A DNA stretch of 64,000 nt. Source: Sphingomonas sp. UBA978. GTDB taxonomy: Bacteria > Pseudomonadota > Alphaproteobacteria > Sphingomonadales > Sphingomonadaceae. Below the pieces are notes generated by a model that was given only the letters and a program-made list of their open reading frames with translations, did not search any database and was not told the origin of the DNA. A program made the position numbers and the translations under genes. Within the stretch, counting starts at the first letter, position 1. Each line of letters begins with the position of its first letter. This document shows, one piece after another, positions 20,582-29,813 of this stretch. The DNA lies in NCBI RefSeq assembly GCF_002292295.1, contig NZ_DBBS01000018.1, positions 181,065 through 245,064 of the forward strand, in the 5' to 3' direction.

Positions 20582-20636
20582 AATAACCGGGGCGCAAGGC
20601 GGCCCTGCGTCGCCACGAGCGGAAGAGGATGGAAGA

Positions 20637-21935
20637 ATGGCAGGACCGATCGGCACCAGCGGTGTCACCGCGAGCGGCGGGGGCGGATCGTACGGCAAGG
20701 CGCTGAGCCTGCTCGCCAGCCTGTTCTTCATGTGGGGCTTCATCACCGTCATCAACGGCGTGCTGCTGCCGCATCTGCGCTCGGTGTTCGAACTCGACTA
20801 TACCCAGACGACGCTGATCGAATCGGTCTGGTTCATCGCATATTTCTTCGCCTCCATCCCGTCGGCCAAGCTGATCGAGCGCGTCGGCTACCAGCGCGCG
20901 ATCGTGATCGGGCTGCTCGTCATGGCCGCGGGCGCGCTCGGCATGACGCTCGCCGCCAGCCTGCCCTCCTATGGCGTGACGCTGGTGATGCTATTCATCA
21001 TCGCCAGCGGCATCACCCTGTTGCAGGTCGCCGCCAACCCCTATGTCACCGTCATCGGCCCGCCCGAGACGGGATCGTCGCGGCTCAATCTGGTGCAGGC
21101 GTTCAACTCGCTCGGCACGACGCTGGCGCCGCTGTTCGCCGGCTATCTGATCCTCGGCCGCAGCCAGAGCGGCACCGCGGAGGCCGGCGCGACGATCAGC
21201 CAGGCGCAGCGCTATGCCGATGCGCAATCGGTGATCCTGCCCTATGTCCTCGTCGCGATCGTGCTCGTCGTGCTCGCGGTCGTCATCGCCCGCTTCCCGC
21301 TGCCCGCGCTCGGCGCGGCGACGCAGCGCGCCGCCAAGGCGGACCGTCACCAGCATTCGCTGTGGAAGCACCGCAACCTGACGCTCGGCATCCCGACGAT
21401 GATCGCCTATCTGCTCGCCGAGATCGGCGTCGCCAACCTCTTCGTCAATTTCGTCTCGCAGCCCGAGATCGCCGCGATCACCCACGAACAGGCGTCGCGC
21501 TATCTGGCGCTGCTGTGGGGCGGCATGATGGTCGGCCGCTTCGCGGGCAGCGTCATCATGCAACGAATCGCGCCGGAGCGCGTGCTCGGCGTCTTCGCTT
21601 TCGGTGCGCTGGTCGTCGTCGCCATCGCCACCTTCACCACCGGCCCGCTGGCGATGTGGTCGCTGATCGCGGTCGGCCTGTTCCATTCGATCATGTTCCC
21701 GACGATCTTCACGCTCGCCATCCGCGGCCTCGGCCCGTTGACCGAGGAGGGGTCGGGGCTGATGATTATGGCGATCGCCGGCGGCGCCCTGGTCGTCGTG
21801 CAGGGCTGGCTCGCCGATCGCTACGGCCTGCAGAACTCCTTCTTCCTGACCATGGCGTGCGAGATCGTCGTGCTCGCCTATGCGCTCTGGGGGTCGAAGC
21901 CGACCGCCGACCTCGGCACGCCGCAGCCGGAGTAG
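20637..21935 (+). CDS. MFS sugar transporter, glucose/galactose (GluP/FucP) family
   Basis: A 432-aa protein with 12 predicted TM segments. The N-terminal stretch LFFMWGFITVINGVLLPHLRSVFEL is characteristic of the FucP/GluP family. Confidence 0.85.
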   Translation: MAGPIGTSGVTASGGGGSYGKALSLLASLFFMWGFITVINGVLLPHLRSVFELDYTQTTLIESVWFIAYFFASIPSAKLIERVGYQRAIVIGLLVMAAGALGMTLAASLPSYGVTLVMLFIIASGITLLQVAANPYVTVIGPPETGSSRLNLVQAFNSLGTTLAPLFAGYLILGRSQSGTAEAGATISQAQRYADAQSVILPYVLVAIVLVVLAVVIARFPLPALGAATQRAAKADRHQHSLWKHRNLTLGIPTMIAYLLAEIGVANLFVNFVSQPEIAAITHEQASRYLALLWGGMMVGRFAGSVIMQRIAPERVLGVFAFGALVVVAIATFTTGPLAMWSLIAVGLFHSIMFPTIFTLAIRGLGPLTEEGSGLMIMAIAGGALVVVQGWLADRYGLQNSFFLTMACEIVVLAYALWGSKPTADLGTPQPE

Positions 21936-21939
21936 GCGG

Positions 21940-22812
21940 ATGCGTGCGATCATCGCGGTCGACTGGGGCACGACCAACCGCCGCGCCTGGCGGGTCGAGG
22001 CGGACGGCAGCGTCTCGGACCATCTGCGCGACGACCGCGGCGTGCTGGCGATGGCGGCGGCGGACTACGCGCCCGCGCTCGCCGGCTTGCGCGAACGGCT
22101 CGGCGACCTGCCGGTGATCGCCGCCGGCATGATCGGCTCGACGCGCGGCTGGCGCGAGGCGGCCTATGTCCCCGCCCCCGCCGACCTCGCCGCGCTCGCC
22201 GCCGCGGCGCTGCGGATCGACGAGGCCGACGTCACGATCGTCCCCGGCGTGTCCTGGGTCGACGGCGCCCGCGCCGACGTGATGCGCGGCGAGGAGGTGC
22301 AGGTACTCGGCGCGATCGCCGCCGGCCTCGCCCCCGCCGACGCGCTGTTCTGCCAGCCCGGCACGCACAACAAATGGATCGCCACCCGGACCGCGCGCAT
22401 CGTCGACGTCACCACGGTGATGACCGGCGAGCTGTTCGCGCTGCTGAAGGCGCACGGCATCCTCGCCGGCATGCTCGACGGCCCGGTCGCCGACGGCCCG
22501 GCGTTCCGCGCCGGGCTGACCCGCGGCGCCGGCGCCTGCGACCTCGGCGCCGCGCTGTTCGAGGTGCGGGCCGCGGTGCTGCTGGGCCGCCGCGCGCCCG
22601 AAGACGCCGCCGCTTATGCCAGCGGCGTGCTGATCGGCAACGACGTCGGCGCGCGCGACGTGGCGGGCAATACCGTCCACCTGCTCGCCGACGGCACCCT
22701 CGCCGCGCTCTACACCGTCGCGATCGAAACGCTCGGCGGGCGAGTCGCGCCGGTCGACGCCACCGCCGCCTTCATCGCCGGCATCCACCATCTGCGTGGC
22801 CATCTCGCATGA
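21940..22812 (+). CDS. dgoK: 2-dehydro-3-deoxygalactonokinase
   Basis: From ORF 21880..22812, trimmed to MRAIIAVDWGTTNRRAW, the DgoK N-terminal signature. It lies 5 nt after the transporter stop. Confidence 0.8.
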   Translation: MRAIIAVDWGTTNRRAWRVEADGSVSDHLRDDRGVLAMAAADYAPALAGLRERLGDLPVIAAGMIGSTRGWREAAYVPAPADLAALAAAALRIDEADVTIVPGVSWVDGARADVMRGEEVQVLGAIAAGLAPADALFCQPGTHNKWIATRTARIVDVTTVMTGELFALLKAHGILAGMLDGPVADGPAFRAGLTRGAGACDLGAALFEVRAAVLLGRRAPEDAAAYASGVLIGNDVGARDVAGNTVHLLADGTLAALYTVAIETLGGRVAPVDATAAFIAGIHHLRGHLA

Positions 22813-22867
22813 TCGCCCTGCCACCTGCAACCTTCGCACGCGACGACATTTTCCCGGAGCATAACCG

Positions 22868-23506
22868 ATGACCGACCCCGCGACCCGCTTCGCCGAGGCC
22901 TTCGCCGCCTGCCCGCTCGTCGCGGTGCTGCGCGGCCTCACCCCTGCCGAGGCCGAAGGAGTCGGCGATGCGCTGGTCGAGGCCGGCTTCACCCTGCTCG
23001 AAGTGCCGCTCAACTCGCCCGATCCGCTCGCCAGCATCGCCGCCATGGCGAAACGCTATGCCGGTCGCGCGATCGTCGGGGCCGGCACCGTGCTCACCGC
23101 CGACGACGTCGCCGCGGTCGCCGATGCGGGCGGCACGCTGATCGTCTCGCCCAACACCGACCCCGCCGTCATCCGCGCCTCGGTAGCGCGCGGGCTGATT
23201 GCGCTGCCCGGCTATTACACCCCGAGCGAGGGCTTCGCCGCGCTCGCCGCGGGCGCACACGGGCTGAAGCTGTTCCCGGCCGAGGGCGCCGCCCCCGCCT
23301 TCCTCAAGGCGCAACGCGCCGTGCTGCCCAAAACGACCAAGGTGCTCGCCGTCGGCGGCATCACACCCGAGACGATGCCCGCATGGGCCGCCGCCGGCGC
23401 GGACGGCTTCGGCCTCGGCTCCAACCTCTATCGCGCCGGCAAGTCCGCCGCTGATGTCGCGCGCGATGCCGCGACGTTCGTATCCGCAGCAAAGGCCCTC
23501 GCATGA
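22868..23506 (+). CDS. dgoA: 2-dehydro-3-deoxy-6-phosphogalactonate aldolase
   Basis: A 212-aa KDPG/KDPGal aldolase-family protein (VAVLRG, LLEVPLNSP, GAGTVL, KLFPA). The call is supported by its position next to dgoK. Confidence 0.8.
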   Translation: MTDPATRFAEAFAACPLVAVLRGLTPAEAEGVGDALVEAGFTLLEVPLNSPDPLASIAAMAKRYAGRAIVGAGTVLTADDVAAVADAGGTLIVSPNTDPAVIRASVARGLIALPGYYTPSEGFAALAAGAHGLKLFPAEGAAPAFLKAQRAVLPKTTKVLAVGGITPETMPAWAAAGADGFGLGSNLYRAGKSAADVARDAATFVSAAKALA

Positions 23507-24492
23507 CCTACGCCCGCCTGATCCAGCAGCGCCTGCCCGACGGCACCCGCTGCGTGATCCTCGCCGAGGACGTCGCGCACGTCCTCACCGGCGTCGCCTC
23601 GACCCGCGCACTGGCAACCACCGCCATCGCCGAAGGTAGGACGCTGCTCGACGCCGCCCGCGCCCGCCGCTCGGACGAGACGGTCGATCTGGCCGCCGCG
23701 CTGGCAGCGGGCGAGCTGCTGCCGGCGATCGATCACGACGACACCGCCCGGCTGATGCTCGCCGGCACCGGCCTCACCCATCTCGGCTCCGCAGCTGGGC
23801 GCGACGCGATGCACAAGGCCGCCGCCGAGGGCAAGCAGACCGACTCGATGCGCCTCTTCCTCGAAGGCATGGAGGGCGGCCGCCCCGCCGCCGGCGAAAC
23901 CGGTGCACAACCTGAATGGTTCTACAAAGGCGACGGCCAGTCCCTGATCGCCCCTGAAGCGCCGCTGACCTCGCCATCCTTCGCGCAGGACGGCGGCGAG
24001 GAACCCGAACTCGCCGGCATCTACCTGATCGGCGACGACGGCACCCCCTTCCGCCTCGGCATCGCGCTCGCCAACGAATTCAGCGACCATGTCACCGAGC
24101 GCCACAATTACCTGTGGCTGGCGCATTCGAAGCTGCGCCAGGCCGCGCTCGGCCCCGAACTGCTGCTCGGCGCACCGCCCGCGGACATCCGCGGCACCAG
24201 CCGGATCGAGCGGAACGGCGACACGCTGTGGGAAAAGCCGTTTCTGACCGGCGAGGCGAACATGTCGCACAGCCTCGCCAACCTCGAACACCATCATTTC
24301 AAATACGCCCCCTTCCGCCGGCCGGGCGACGTCCACGTCCATTTCTTCGGCACCGCGACCCTGTCCTGCGCCGACGACATCCGGACGCAGGACGGCGACG
24401 TCTTCGTGATCGAGGCCGCGCCCTTCACGCTGCCGCTGCGCAATTCCCTCGCCACCGCGCCCGCCGCGCCGGTCGCGGTCACGCCGCTGTGA
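23503..24492 (+). CDS. FAH-superfamily protein, GguC / AraD1-like (putative 2-keto-3-deoxy-pentonate dehydratase)
   Basis: Its ATG overlaps the dgoA stop (ATGA). The 329-aa protein contains GTGLTHLGSA, EWFYKGDG and EPELAGIY, which I recall as GguC-type FAH-fold features. The specific function is inferred. Confidence 0.6.
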   Translation: MTYARLIQQRLPDGTRCVILAEDVAHVLTGVASTRALATTAIAEGRTLLDAARARRSDETVDLAAALAAGELLPAIDHDDTARLMLAGTGLTHLGSAAGRDAMHKAAAEGKQTDSMRLFLEGMEGGRPAAGETGAQPEWFYKGDGQSLIAPEAPLTSPSFAQDGGEEPELAGIYLIGDDGTPFRLGIALANEFSDHVTERHNYLWLAHSKLRQAALGPELLLGAPPADIRGTSRIERNGDTLWEKPFLTGEANMSHSLANLEHHHFKYAPFRRPGDVHVHFFGTATLSCADDIRTQDGDVFVIEAAPFTLPLRNSLATAPAAPVAVTPL

Positions 24493-25430
24493 GCGCACCG
24501 ATCCGCCTCGCCCTGGTCGGCATGGGCAAGATCGCCCACGACCAGCACGTCCCCGCCATCGCCGGCAACGCGGACATCGCACTCGCCGCCACCGTCAGCC
24601 GCAATGGCGAGGGCGTCGCACGCGTGCCGCATTTCCACGAGCTCGCCGATCTGATCGCGAGCGGGATCGCGATCGACGCGGTCGCGCTCTGCACCCCGCC
24701 GCAGGTCCGCCGCGCCATCGCCGCGCAGGCGATCGCGCAGGGCTGGCACGTCTTCCTCGAAAAGCCGCCCGGGGCGACGCTGGCGGAGGTCGCGCAATTG
24801 CAGGCCGCGGCGACGGCGGCGCAGGTCAGTCTGTTCGCCAGCTGGCACTCGCGCCACGCCCCCGGCGTCGAACCCGCCCGCGCCTTCCTCGCCGACGCGG
24901 ACATCCGCAAGGTGACGGTGACATGGCGCGAGGACATCCGCGTCTGGCATCCGGGGCAGGCGTGGATATTGGAGGCGGGCGGTTTCGGCGTGTTCGATCC
25001 CGGCATCAATGCCTTGTCGATCGTCACCCGCATCCTGCCGCGCCCGTTCTTCATCGCCGATGCCGAACTCGACTTTCCCGCCAATTGCGACGCGCCGATC
25101 GCGGCGCGGATCCGATTCGCCGACGACCGGGGGCTGTCGATCTCGGCCGATTTCGACTTCCGGCAGGAAGGCCCGCAAAGCTGGGACATCGCCGTCGACA
25201 CCGACCGCGGCACGCTGATGCTCCATGACGGCGGCGCGCGGCTGGTACTGCCCGACGGCACCGGCCCGGCGCAGACCGATGCGCTCCACGGCGAATATGC
25301 CGGCCTGTACGCGCGCTTCGTCGACATCGTGCGCGCCGGCGAGAGCGACGTCGACATCGCGCCGCTACGCCATGTCGCCGATGCATTCCTGCGCGGGCGG
25401 CGGATCGTCGTCGAACCGTTCGTGGAGTGA
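24489..25430 (+). CDS. Gfo/Idh/MocA-family D-galactose / L-arabinose 1-dehydrogenase
   Basis: A GTG start overlaps the upstream stop (GTGA). It opens VSAPIRLALVGMGKIAHDQHVPAI (Rossmann fold) and is ~313 aa, close in size and N-terminus to Pseudomonas galactose 1-dehydrogenase and Azospirillum L-arabinose 1-dehydrogenase as I recall them. Confidence 0.75.
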   Translation: MSAPIRLALVGMGKIAHDQHVPAIAGNADIALAATVSRNGEGVARVPHFHELADLIASGIAIDAVALCTPPQVRRAIAAQAIAQGWHVFLEKPPGATLAEVAQLQAAATAAQVSLFASWHSRHAPGVEPARAFLADADIRKVTVTWREDIRVWHPGQAWILEAGGFGVFDPGINALSIVTRILPRPFFIADAELDFPANCDAPIAARIRFADDRGLSISADFDFRQEGPQSWDIAVDTDRGTLMLHDGGARLVLPDGTGPAQTDALHGEYAGLYARFVDIVRAGESDVDIAPLRHVADAFLRGRRIVVEPFVE

Positions 25431-25437
25431 ACGTCAA

Positions 25438-25645
25438 GTGAAGGCGTGAAGGCGAAGAAGAAGGGGGTTCGCGCGGAGACGCGGAGACGCGGAGGTGTTG
25501 CGCCTGGCGCGCAGCGCCCTCTTCGATCATCAGCCTCGAAGACAGGAAGCCGCTGACGCGGCACTCCCTCCTCTATCGTCTTCTCCGCGTCTCCGCGCCT
25601 CCGCGCGAACAAACCTTCTTCTCTTCGCGCCTTCGCCTTCGCGTG
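25438..25645. repeat. MITE-like structured repeat, copy A (~55-bp imperfect terminal inverted repeats)
   Basis: The left arm is gaaggcgtgaaggcgaagaagaagggggttcgcgcggagacgcggagacgcggag. The right arm is ctccgcgtctccgcgcctccgcgcgaacaaaccttcttctcttcgcgccttcgccttc. The element fills the whole gap between two convergent genes and is homologous, in inverted orientation, to 39544-39705. Confidence 0.8.
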
Positions 25646-25647
25646 AA

Positions 25648-26886
25648 TCACCCCAGATGCGCAGCAGCCTCACCGATGGCCGTGTAGATGGCGTCCAGAT
25701 CGTCATCCCCGATGCAATAGGGCGGCATCACGTAGACGACGTTCCCCAACGGCCGCAGCAACAGGTCGCGTTCCCGGAAGAACGCGAGCAGCCGCGGTCC
25801 CAGCGCCGACAGATAGTCCGCCCCCTCCGCGCCCAGATCGACCGCAGCGATCGTCCCCAGCGTCCGCACGTTGCGCACGCCCGACAGCGCCGCCACGCGC
25901 GCCGCCTGCCGCGCCGTCAGGTCGGCGATCCGCGCCAGCACCGGCTCCTCTTCCCAGATCGCGATGTTCGCCGCCGCCGCCGCGCAGGCGATCGGATTGG
26001 CGGTGTAGCTGGACGAATGGAAGAACATCCGCGACCGGTCCGTGTCGAGATGCGCCTGATAGATCGCCTCGCACGCCATCGTCACCGCGAGCGGCACCGC
26101 ACCCCCGGTCAACCCCTTGGACAGGCACAGGATGTCCGGCACGACGCCAGCCTGCTCGCACGCCAGCAGCGTGCCGGTCCGTCCCCAGCCGGTCATCACC
26201 TCGTCGGCGATGAACAGCACGCCACGGCGCGCACAGATCGCCCGCATTTCGGCGAGCACCCAGGCCAGATAGACCAGCATCCCGCCCGCGCCGCAGACCA
26301 GCGGCTCGACGATCAGCGCCGCCGGCGCCGCCCGGCACGCCGCCTCCAGCGCATCCAGCGTCGCCTGTTCCGCGCCCGCGGCGGGAAACGGGATCGTCGC
26401 GACGTCGAACAGCAACGGCTCATAGGCCCGGTTGAACGCACCGCGCGCACCCACCGACATCGTCCCGATCGTGTCGCCGTGATAGCCGTGTTCGAGCACG
26501 AGGATCCGGTGCCGCGGCTCGCCGCGGTTGAGCCAGAAGCCGAGCGCCATCTTCAGCGCCACCTCGACCGCGGTCGATCCCGAATCGGAGAAGAACACCC
26601 GCGTCAGCGCCTCGGGCATCAGCCGCAGCAGTCCGGCCGCCACCGTCTCGGCGGGCTCGTGCGTCCAGCCGGCGAAGATGATCTGGTCCATCCGTGCCGC
26701 CTGATCGGCGATCGCGGCCATGATCCGGGGCTCGCGATGCCCGTGCGTCGTCACCCACCAGCTGGAGATCGCATCGACGATCCGCCGCCCGTCGCCGGTA
26801 TACAGCGCCGCGCCCTCCGCGCGCACGACCATGGGGATCGGCTCGCCCAGCCCGTGCTGGGTGAACGGATGCCACACCGCGCTCAT
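25648..26886 (-). CDS. bioA: adenosylmethionine-8-amino-7-oxononanoate aminotransferase
   Basis: This is the C-terminal 412 aa of ORF 25648..27660, from [12 protein letters not shown]. It has class-III aminotransferase features ([11 protein letters not shown] and the PLP-lysine context LSKGLTGG). Confidence 0.9.
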   Translation of the reverse strand: MSAVWHPFTQHGLGEPIPMVVRAEGAALYTGDGRRIVDAISSWWVTTHGHREPRIMAAIADQAARMDQIIFAGWTHEPAETVAAGLLRLMPEALTRVFFSDSGSTAVEVALKMALGFWLNRGEPRHRILVLEHGYHGDTIGTMSVGARGAFNRAYEPLLFDVATIPFPAAGAEQATLDALEAACRAAPAALIVEPLVCGAGGMLVYLAWVLAEMRAICARRGVLFIADEVMTGWGRTGTLLACEQAGVVPDILCLSKGLTGGAVPLAVTMACEAIYQAHLDTDRSRMFFHSSSYTANPIACAAAAANIAIWEEEPVLARIADLTARQAARVAALSGVRNVRTLGTIAAVDLGAEGADYLSALGPRLLAFFRERDLLLRPLGNVVYVMPPYCIGDDDLDAIYTAIGEAAAHLG

Positions 26887-27500
26887 GCGAAATCCCCGAT
26901 CCGGAACCCGGCGGCGAAGGCCCGCGCCAATCCCTCGGCGTCGAGCGGATCGATGCGCGGCAGGCGTCCCAGCCGTCGCACCCCGCCCAGCCGTGCGATC
27001 GTCGCCTCGCTGTCCTCCACAGGCTCCCCGTTGAAGGCGATGCCGAGGATCGGCACGCCGCGCGCGTGCAACGCCTCGATGCTGAGCAGGCTGTGGTTGA
27101 TCGTCCCCAATCCGGTCCGCGTCACCAGCACCACCGGCGCACCCCAGCGTGCGAACATGTCGGCATAGAGCAGGTCGTCCGCCAGCGGCACCAGCACCCC
27201 GCCCGCCCCCTCGACCACCAATGGCCCCGCGACCACCGGCAGCGCCAGCCGCGCGGGGTCGATCGTCACCCCGTCGATCGCCGCGGCGCGATGCGGCGAA
27301 CAGGGCGTCGCCAGCCGATAGGCCTCGGGCAGCACGTCGCGCACGCCCAGCGCCCGCACACCCGCGCCGTCGCCGCCCTCGTCGAGCCCCGCCTGCACCG
27401 GCTTCCAATAGGTCGCGCCCAGCGCCACGGTCAGCGCCGCGGCGAACACCGTCTTGCCGACGTCGGTGTCGGTCCCCGTCACCACAATCGTCCGGCTCAT
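26883..27500 (-). CDS. bioD: dethiobiotin synthase
   Basis: From [17 protein letters not shown] (P-loop). It is ATGA-coupled at both ends to bioF and bioA. Confidence 0.9.
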   Translation of the reverse strand: MSRTIVVTGTDTDVGKTVFAAALTVALGATYWKPVQAGLDEGGDGAGVRALGVRDVLPEAYRLATPCSPHRAAAIDGVTIDPARLALPVVAGPLVVEGAGGVLVPLADDLLYADMFARWGAPVVLVTRTGLGTINHSLLSIEALHARGVPILGIAFNGEPVEDSEATIARLGGVRRLGRLPRIDPLDAEGLARAFAAGFRIGDFA

Positions 27501-28591
27501 CGCAGCACCTCCCCCAGCCCGGCGATCGCCGCCTCGTCCAGATTGCAGGTGATCGACACCCGCAGCCGCGCCGTCCCCGCCGCCACCGTCGGCGGCCGGA
27601 TCGCACGCACGTCGTACCCCGCCGCCTGGCATCGATCCGCCAGCGCGACCGCCGCGCCATCCGCGCCGACGATCACCGGGAACAGCTGCGATCCGGTCGA
27701 GAATCCGAGCGCCCGCTCCGCCGCCGCGACCAGCGCCCACAGCCGCGCCTGCCGCCCGGGCTCGTCGACCAGACAGCGCAGCGCCTCGCGCACCGCCGCC
27801 GCCATCAACGGCGACGGCGCGGTCGAGAAGACGAAGCCGCGCGCGCGGTTGACTAGCATGTCGCGCAGCACGCGGGGCACGCACAGCAACCCGCCCTCCG
27901 CGCCCAGCGCCTTGCCGCAGGTGTGCAGCGTGACGACGTTGTCGGCGCCGTGCAGCGCCTCCGCCAGCCCGCGGCCCGCACCGCCGAACACGCCGGTGGC
28001 ATGCGCCTCGTCGATCAGCAGCATCGCCTGATGCCGGTCCGCGACCGCGACGAGGTCGGCGAGCGGCGCCCGGTCGCCGTCCATGCCGTACAGGCTCTCG
28101 ACCGCGATCCACGGCGTGCCCCTGCCGCCCTCCGCGCGCCAGCGCCGGATCGCATCCTCGAACGCCGCCGCGTCGTTGTGCGGCACCGACACCCGCGGCG
28201 CCCGACCCAGCCGCATCCCGTCATGCGCGCTGGCATGCACCAGCGCGTCGTGCACGACGATATCGTCCGGCTGCGGCAGCGTCGCGAACGCCGCCACGTT
28301 CGCCGCATAGCCGTTGGCGAAGAACAATGCCGCCTCGCTGCCGAAATGCGCCGCGGCCTCTGCCTCCAGCGCCTCATGCTCGGGATCGTTGCCGCGCAGC
28401 AGCCGCGATCCGCCCGATCCGATGCCGACGCCCCGATCCAGCGCCGCCGCCACCGCATCGCGCAGCCGCGGCGACGCGGCCAGCCCCAGATAATCGTTCG
28501 ACGCGAAATCGGCGCCGGTTCGCGGGCGCAACGTCCGCAGGCGGTCGGCGGCATCGAGCCGGGCGAGGTCCTCGCGATAGAAGTGCAGCAT
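27497..28591 (-). CDS. bioF: 8-amino-7-oxononanoate synthase
   Basis: From [14 protein letters not shown]. It is alpha-oxoamine synthase-like (NDYLGL, DEAHATG, PLP-lysine context HTCGKALG). The longer ORF 27497..29026 is a 5' over-extension. Confidence 0.88.
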   Translation of the reverse strand: MLHFYREDLARLDAADRLRTLRPRTGADFASNDYLGLAASPRLRDAVAAALDRGVGIGSGGSRLLRGNDPEHEALEAEAAAHFGSEAALFFANGYAANVAAFATLPQPDDIVVHDALVHASAHDGMRLGRAPRVSVPHNDAAAFEDAIRRWRAEGGRGTPWIAVESLYGMDGDRAPLADLVAVADRHQAMLLIDEAHATGVFGGAGRGLAEALHGADNVVTLHTCGKALGAEGGLLCVPRVLRDMLVNRARGFVFSTAPSPLMAAAVREALRCLVDEPGRQARLWALVAAAERALGFSTGSQLFPVIVGADGAAVALADRCQAAGYDVRAIRPPTVAAGTARLRVSITCNLDEAAIAGLGEVLR

Positions 28592-28684
28592 CACCGCCCC
28601 TGTAGCGTCTCCATCCGGTCGCGCCAGCACCGCCGCCACATCGGGCTGGCGTTCGGCGCGCGCGATCCGGTACGGGGCGATGCC

Positions 28685-29599
28685 ATGACCCGCCGAAGGA
28701 CCCCGCCGATGCTCGCCCGGATGATCGCCGCGCTGCTCGCCCTCGCCGCACCCGCCGCACCCGCCGCCGCCGCGGCGCAGCGTGCCCCCGCGACCGTCCA
28801 GCTGCCACGCACGATCCTGTTCATCGGCAACAGCTTCACGCAGGGTGCGCATTCCGCGGTGCGCAACTGGCATGCCGATCGCGTCACCGACCTCACCGGG
28901 GCGGGCTATGGCGGGGTGCCGGCATTGTTCAAGGAATTCACCGTCGAGGCGGGGCTCAATTATGCCGTCAGCCTCGAAACGCAGGGCGGCCAGTCCCTCG
29001 CCTTCCACTATGACCAGCGCCGCCAATTGTTCGACCGGGCGTGGGACGTCGTCGTATTGCAGGAATATAGCACGCTCGATCGCGACCGGCCCGGCGACGC
29101 CACCCGCTACATCCGCAGCGTCGGCCAGCTCGGCACGCTACTGCGCGTCCGCAACCATGCGGTCAGGGTCGAGCTGATGGCGACCTGGTCGCGCGCCGAT
29201 CAGGTCTACCAGCCCGGCGGCCCGTGGTTCGGCAAGCCGGTCGCGACGATGGCCGACGAATTGCGCGTCGCGGCGGACCGCGCGCGGCGGACCAACCGGT
29301 CGGTGTCGGGCGTGATCCCGGTCGGTCAGGCGTGGAACCGCGCCTTCGCCGCCGGCGTCGCCGATCCCAATCCCTATGACGGCATCGCCTTCGGTCAGGC
29401 GAACCTGTGGTCCTACGACCATTATCACGCCAGCACCGCCGGCTATTATCTGGAGGCGCTGGTCGTCTTCGGCCACGTCACCGGCATCGACCCGCGTACG
29501 CTGGGCCGGGGCGAGCGCGCCGCGGAGGAACTCGGCCTGTCGCCGGAACTGGCGGTCGCGCTACAGGCGATCGCACGCGAGCAGCTGGCGGCGCGATAG
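28685..29599 (+). CDS. secreted SGNH/GDSL-like hydrolase family protein
   Basis: This is the C-terminal ~304 aa of ORF 27923..29599. It has a signal peptide (MLARMIAALLALAAPAAPAAAAAQ), a block-I-like ILFIGNSFTQG and a late D..H pair (SYDHYH). Its function is not known. Confidence 0.6.
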   Translation: MTRRRTPPMLARMIAALLALAAPAAPAAAAAQRAPATVQLPRTILFIGNSFTQGAHSAVRNWHADRVTDLTGAGYGGVPALFKEFTVEAGLNYAVSLETQGGQSLAFHYDQRRQLFDRAWDVVVLQEYSTLDRDRPGDATRYIRSVGQLGTLLRVRNHAVRVELMATWSRADQVYQPGGPWFGKPVATMADELRVAADRARRTNRSVSGVIPVGQAWNRAFAAGVADPNPYDGIAFGQANLWSYDHYHASTAGYYLEALVVFGHVTGIDPRTLGRGERAAEELGLSPELAVALQAIAREQLAAR

Positions 29600-29606
29600 A
29601 GCGTTA

Positions 29607-29776
29607 CCGGATCAGGTTGGATCATCGGCACGGAGGTGATTTCGGCGTGATGCAAGGCGTGAGGAGGGAGCGATGCCAAAGCATCGTGACCGACGAGCAA
29701 CGCAGCATCACGCCGAAAGCGCCCCGCCGCGAAGCGGTCGCCCGCAGGGCGATGACGGTGGTTCAACCTGGTCCGG
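29607..29776. repeat. nested imperfect palindrome (~170 bp) between convergent genes
   Basis: The outer arms are ccggatcaggttgg... and ...ccaacctggtccgg. A perfect 14-bp inverted repeat, tttcggcgtgatgc, lies at 29640-29653 and 29705-29718. The central hairpin is cgatgc-caaa-gcatcg at 29671-29686. Confidence 0.75.
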
Positions 29777-29813
29777 TCACGCTCTGGGTCCCCGCGCCGC
29801 CGTCGGGCGGGAA

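Noticed and set aside
25471-25495. Short tandem gcggagac repeats that superficially resemble a repeat array.
   Set aside because: There are fewer than three 8-nt units inside the arm of the MITE-like element. There is no spacer structure and no cas genes, so this is not a CRISPR array.
28592-28684. I searched the bioF/SGNH divergent region for a biotin operator (BirA- or BioR-type AT-rich palindrome).
   Set aside because: No AT-rich dyad is present. The region is uniformly GC-rich, so no regulatory site can be supported. The absence of bioB, bioC and bioH from the cluster is common and not notable.
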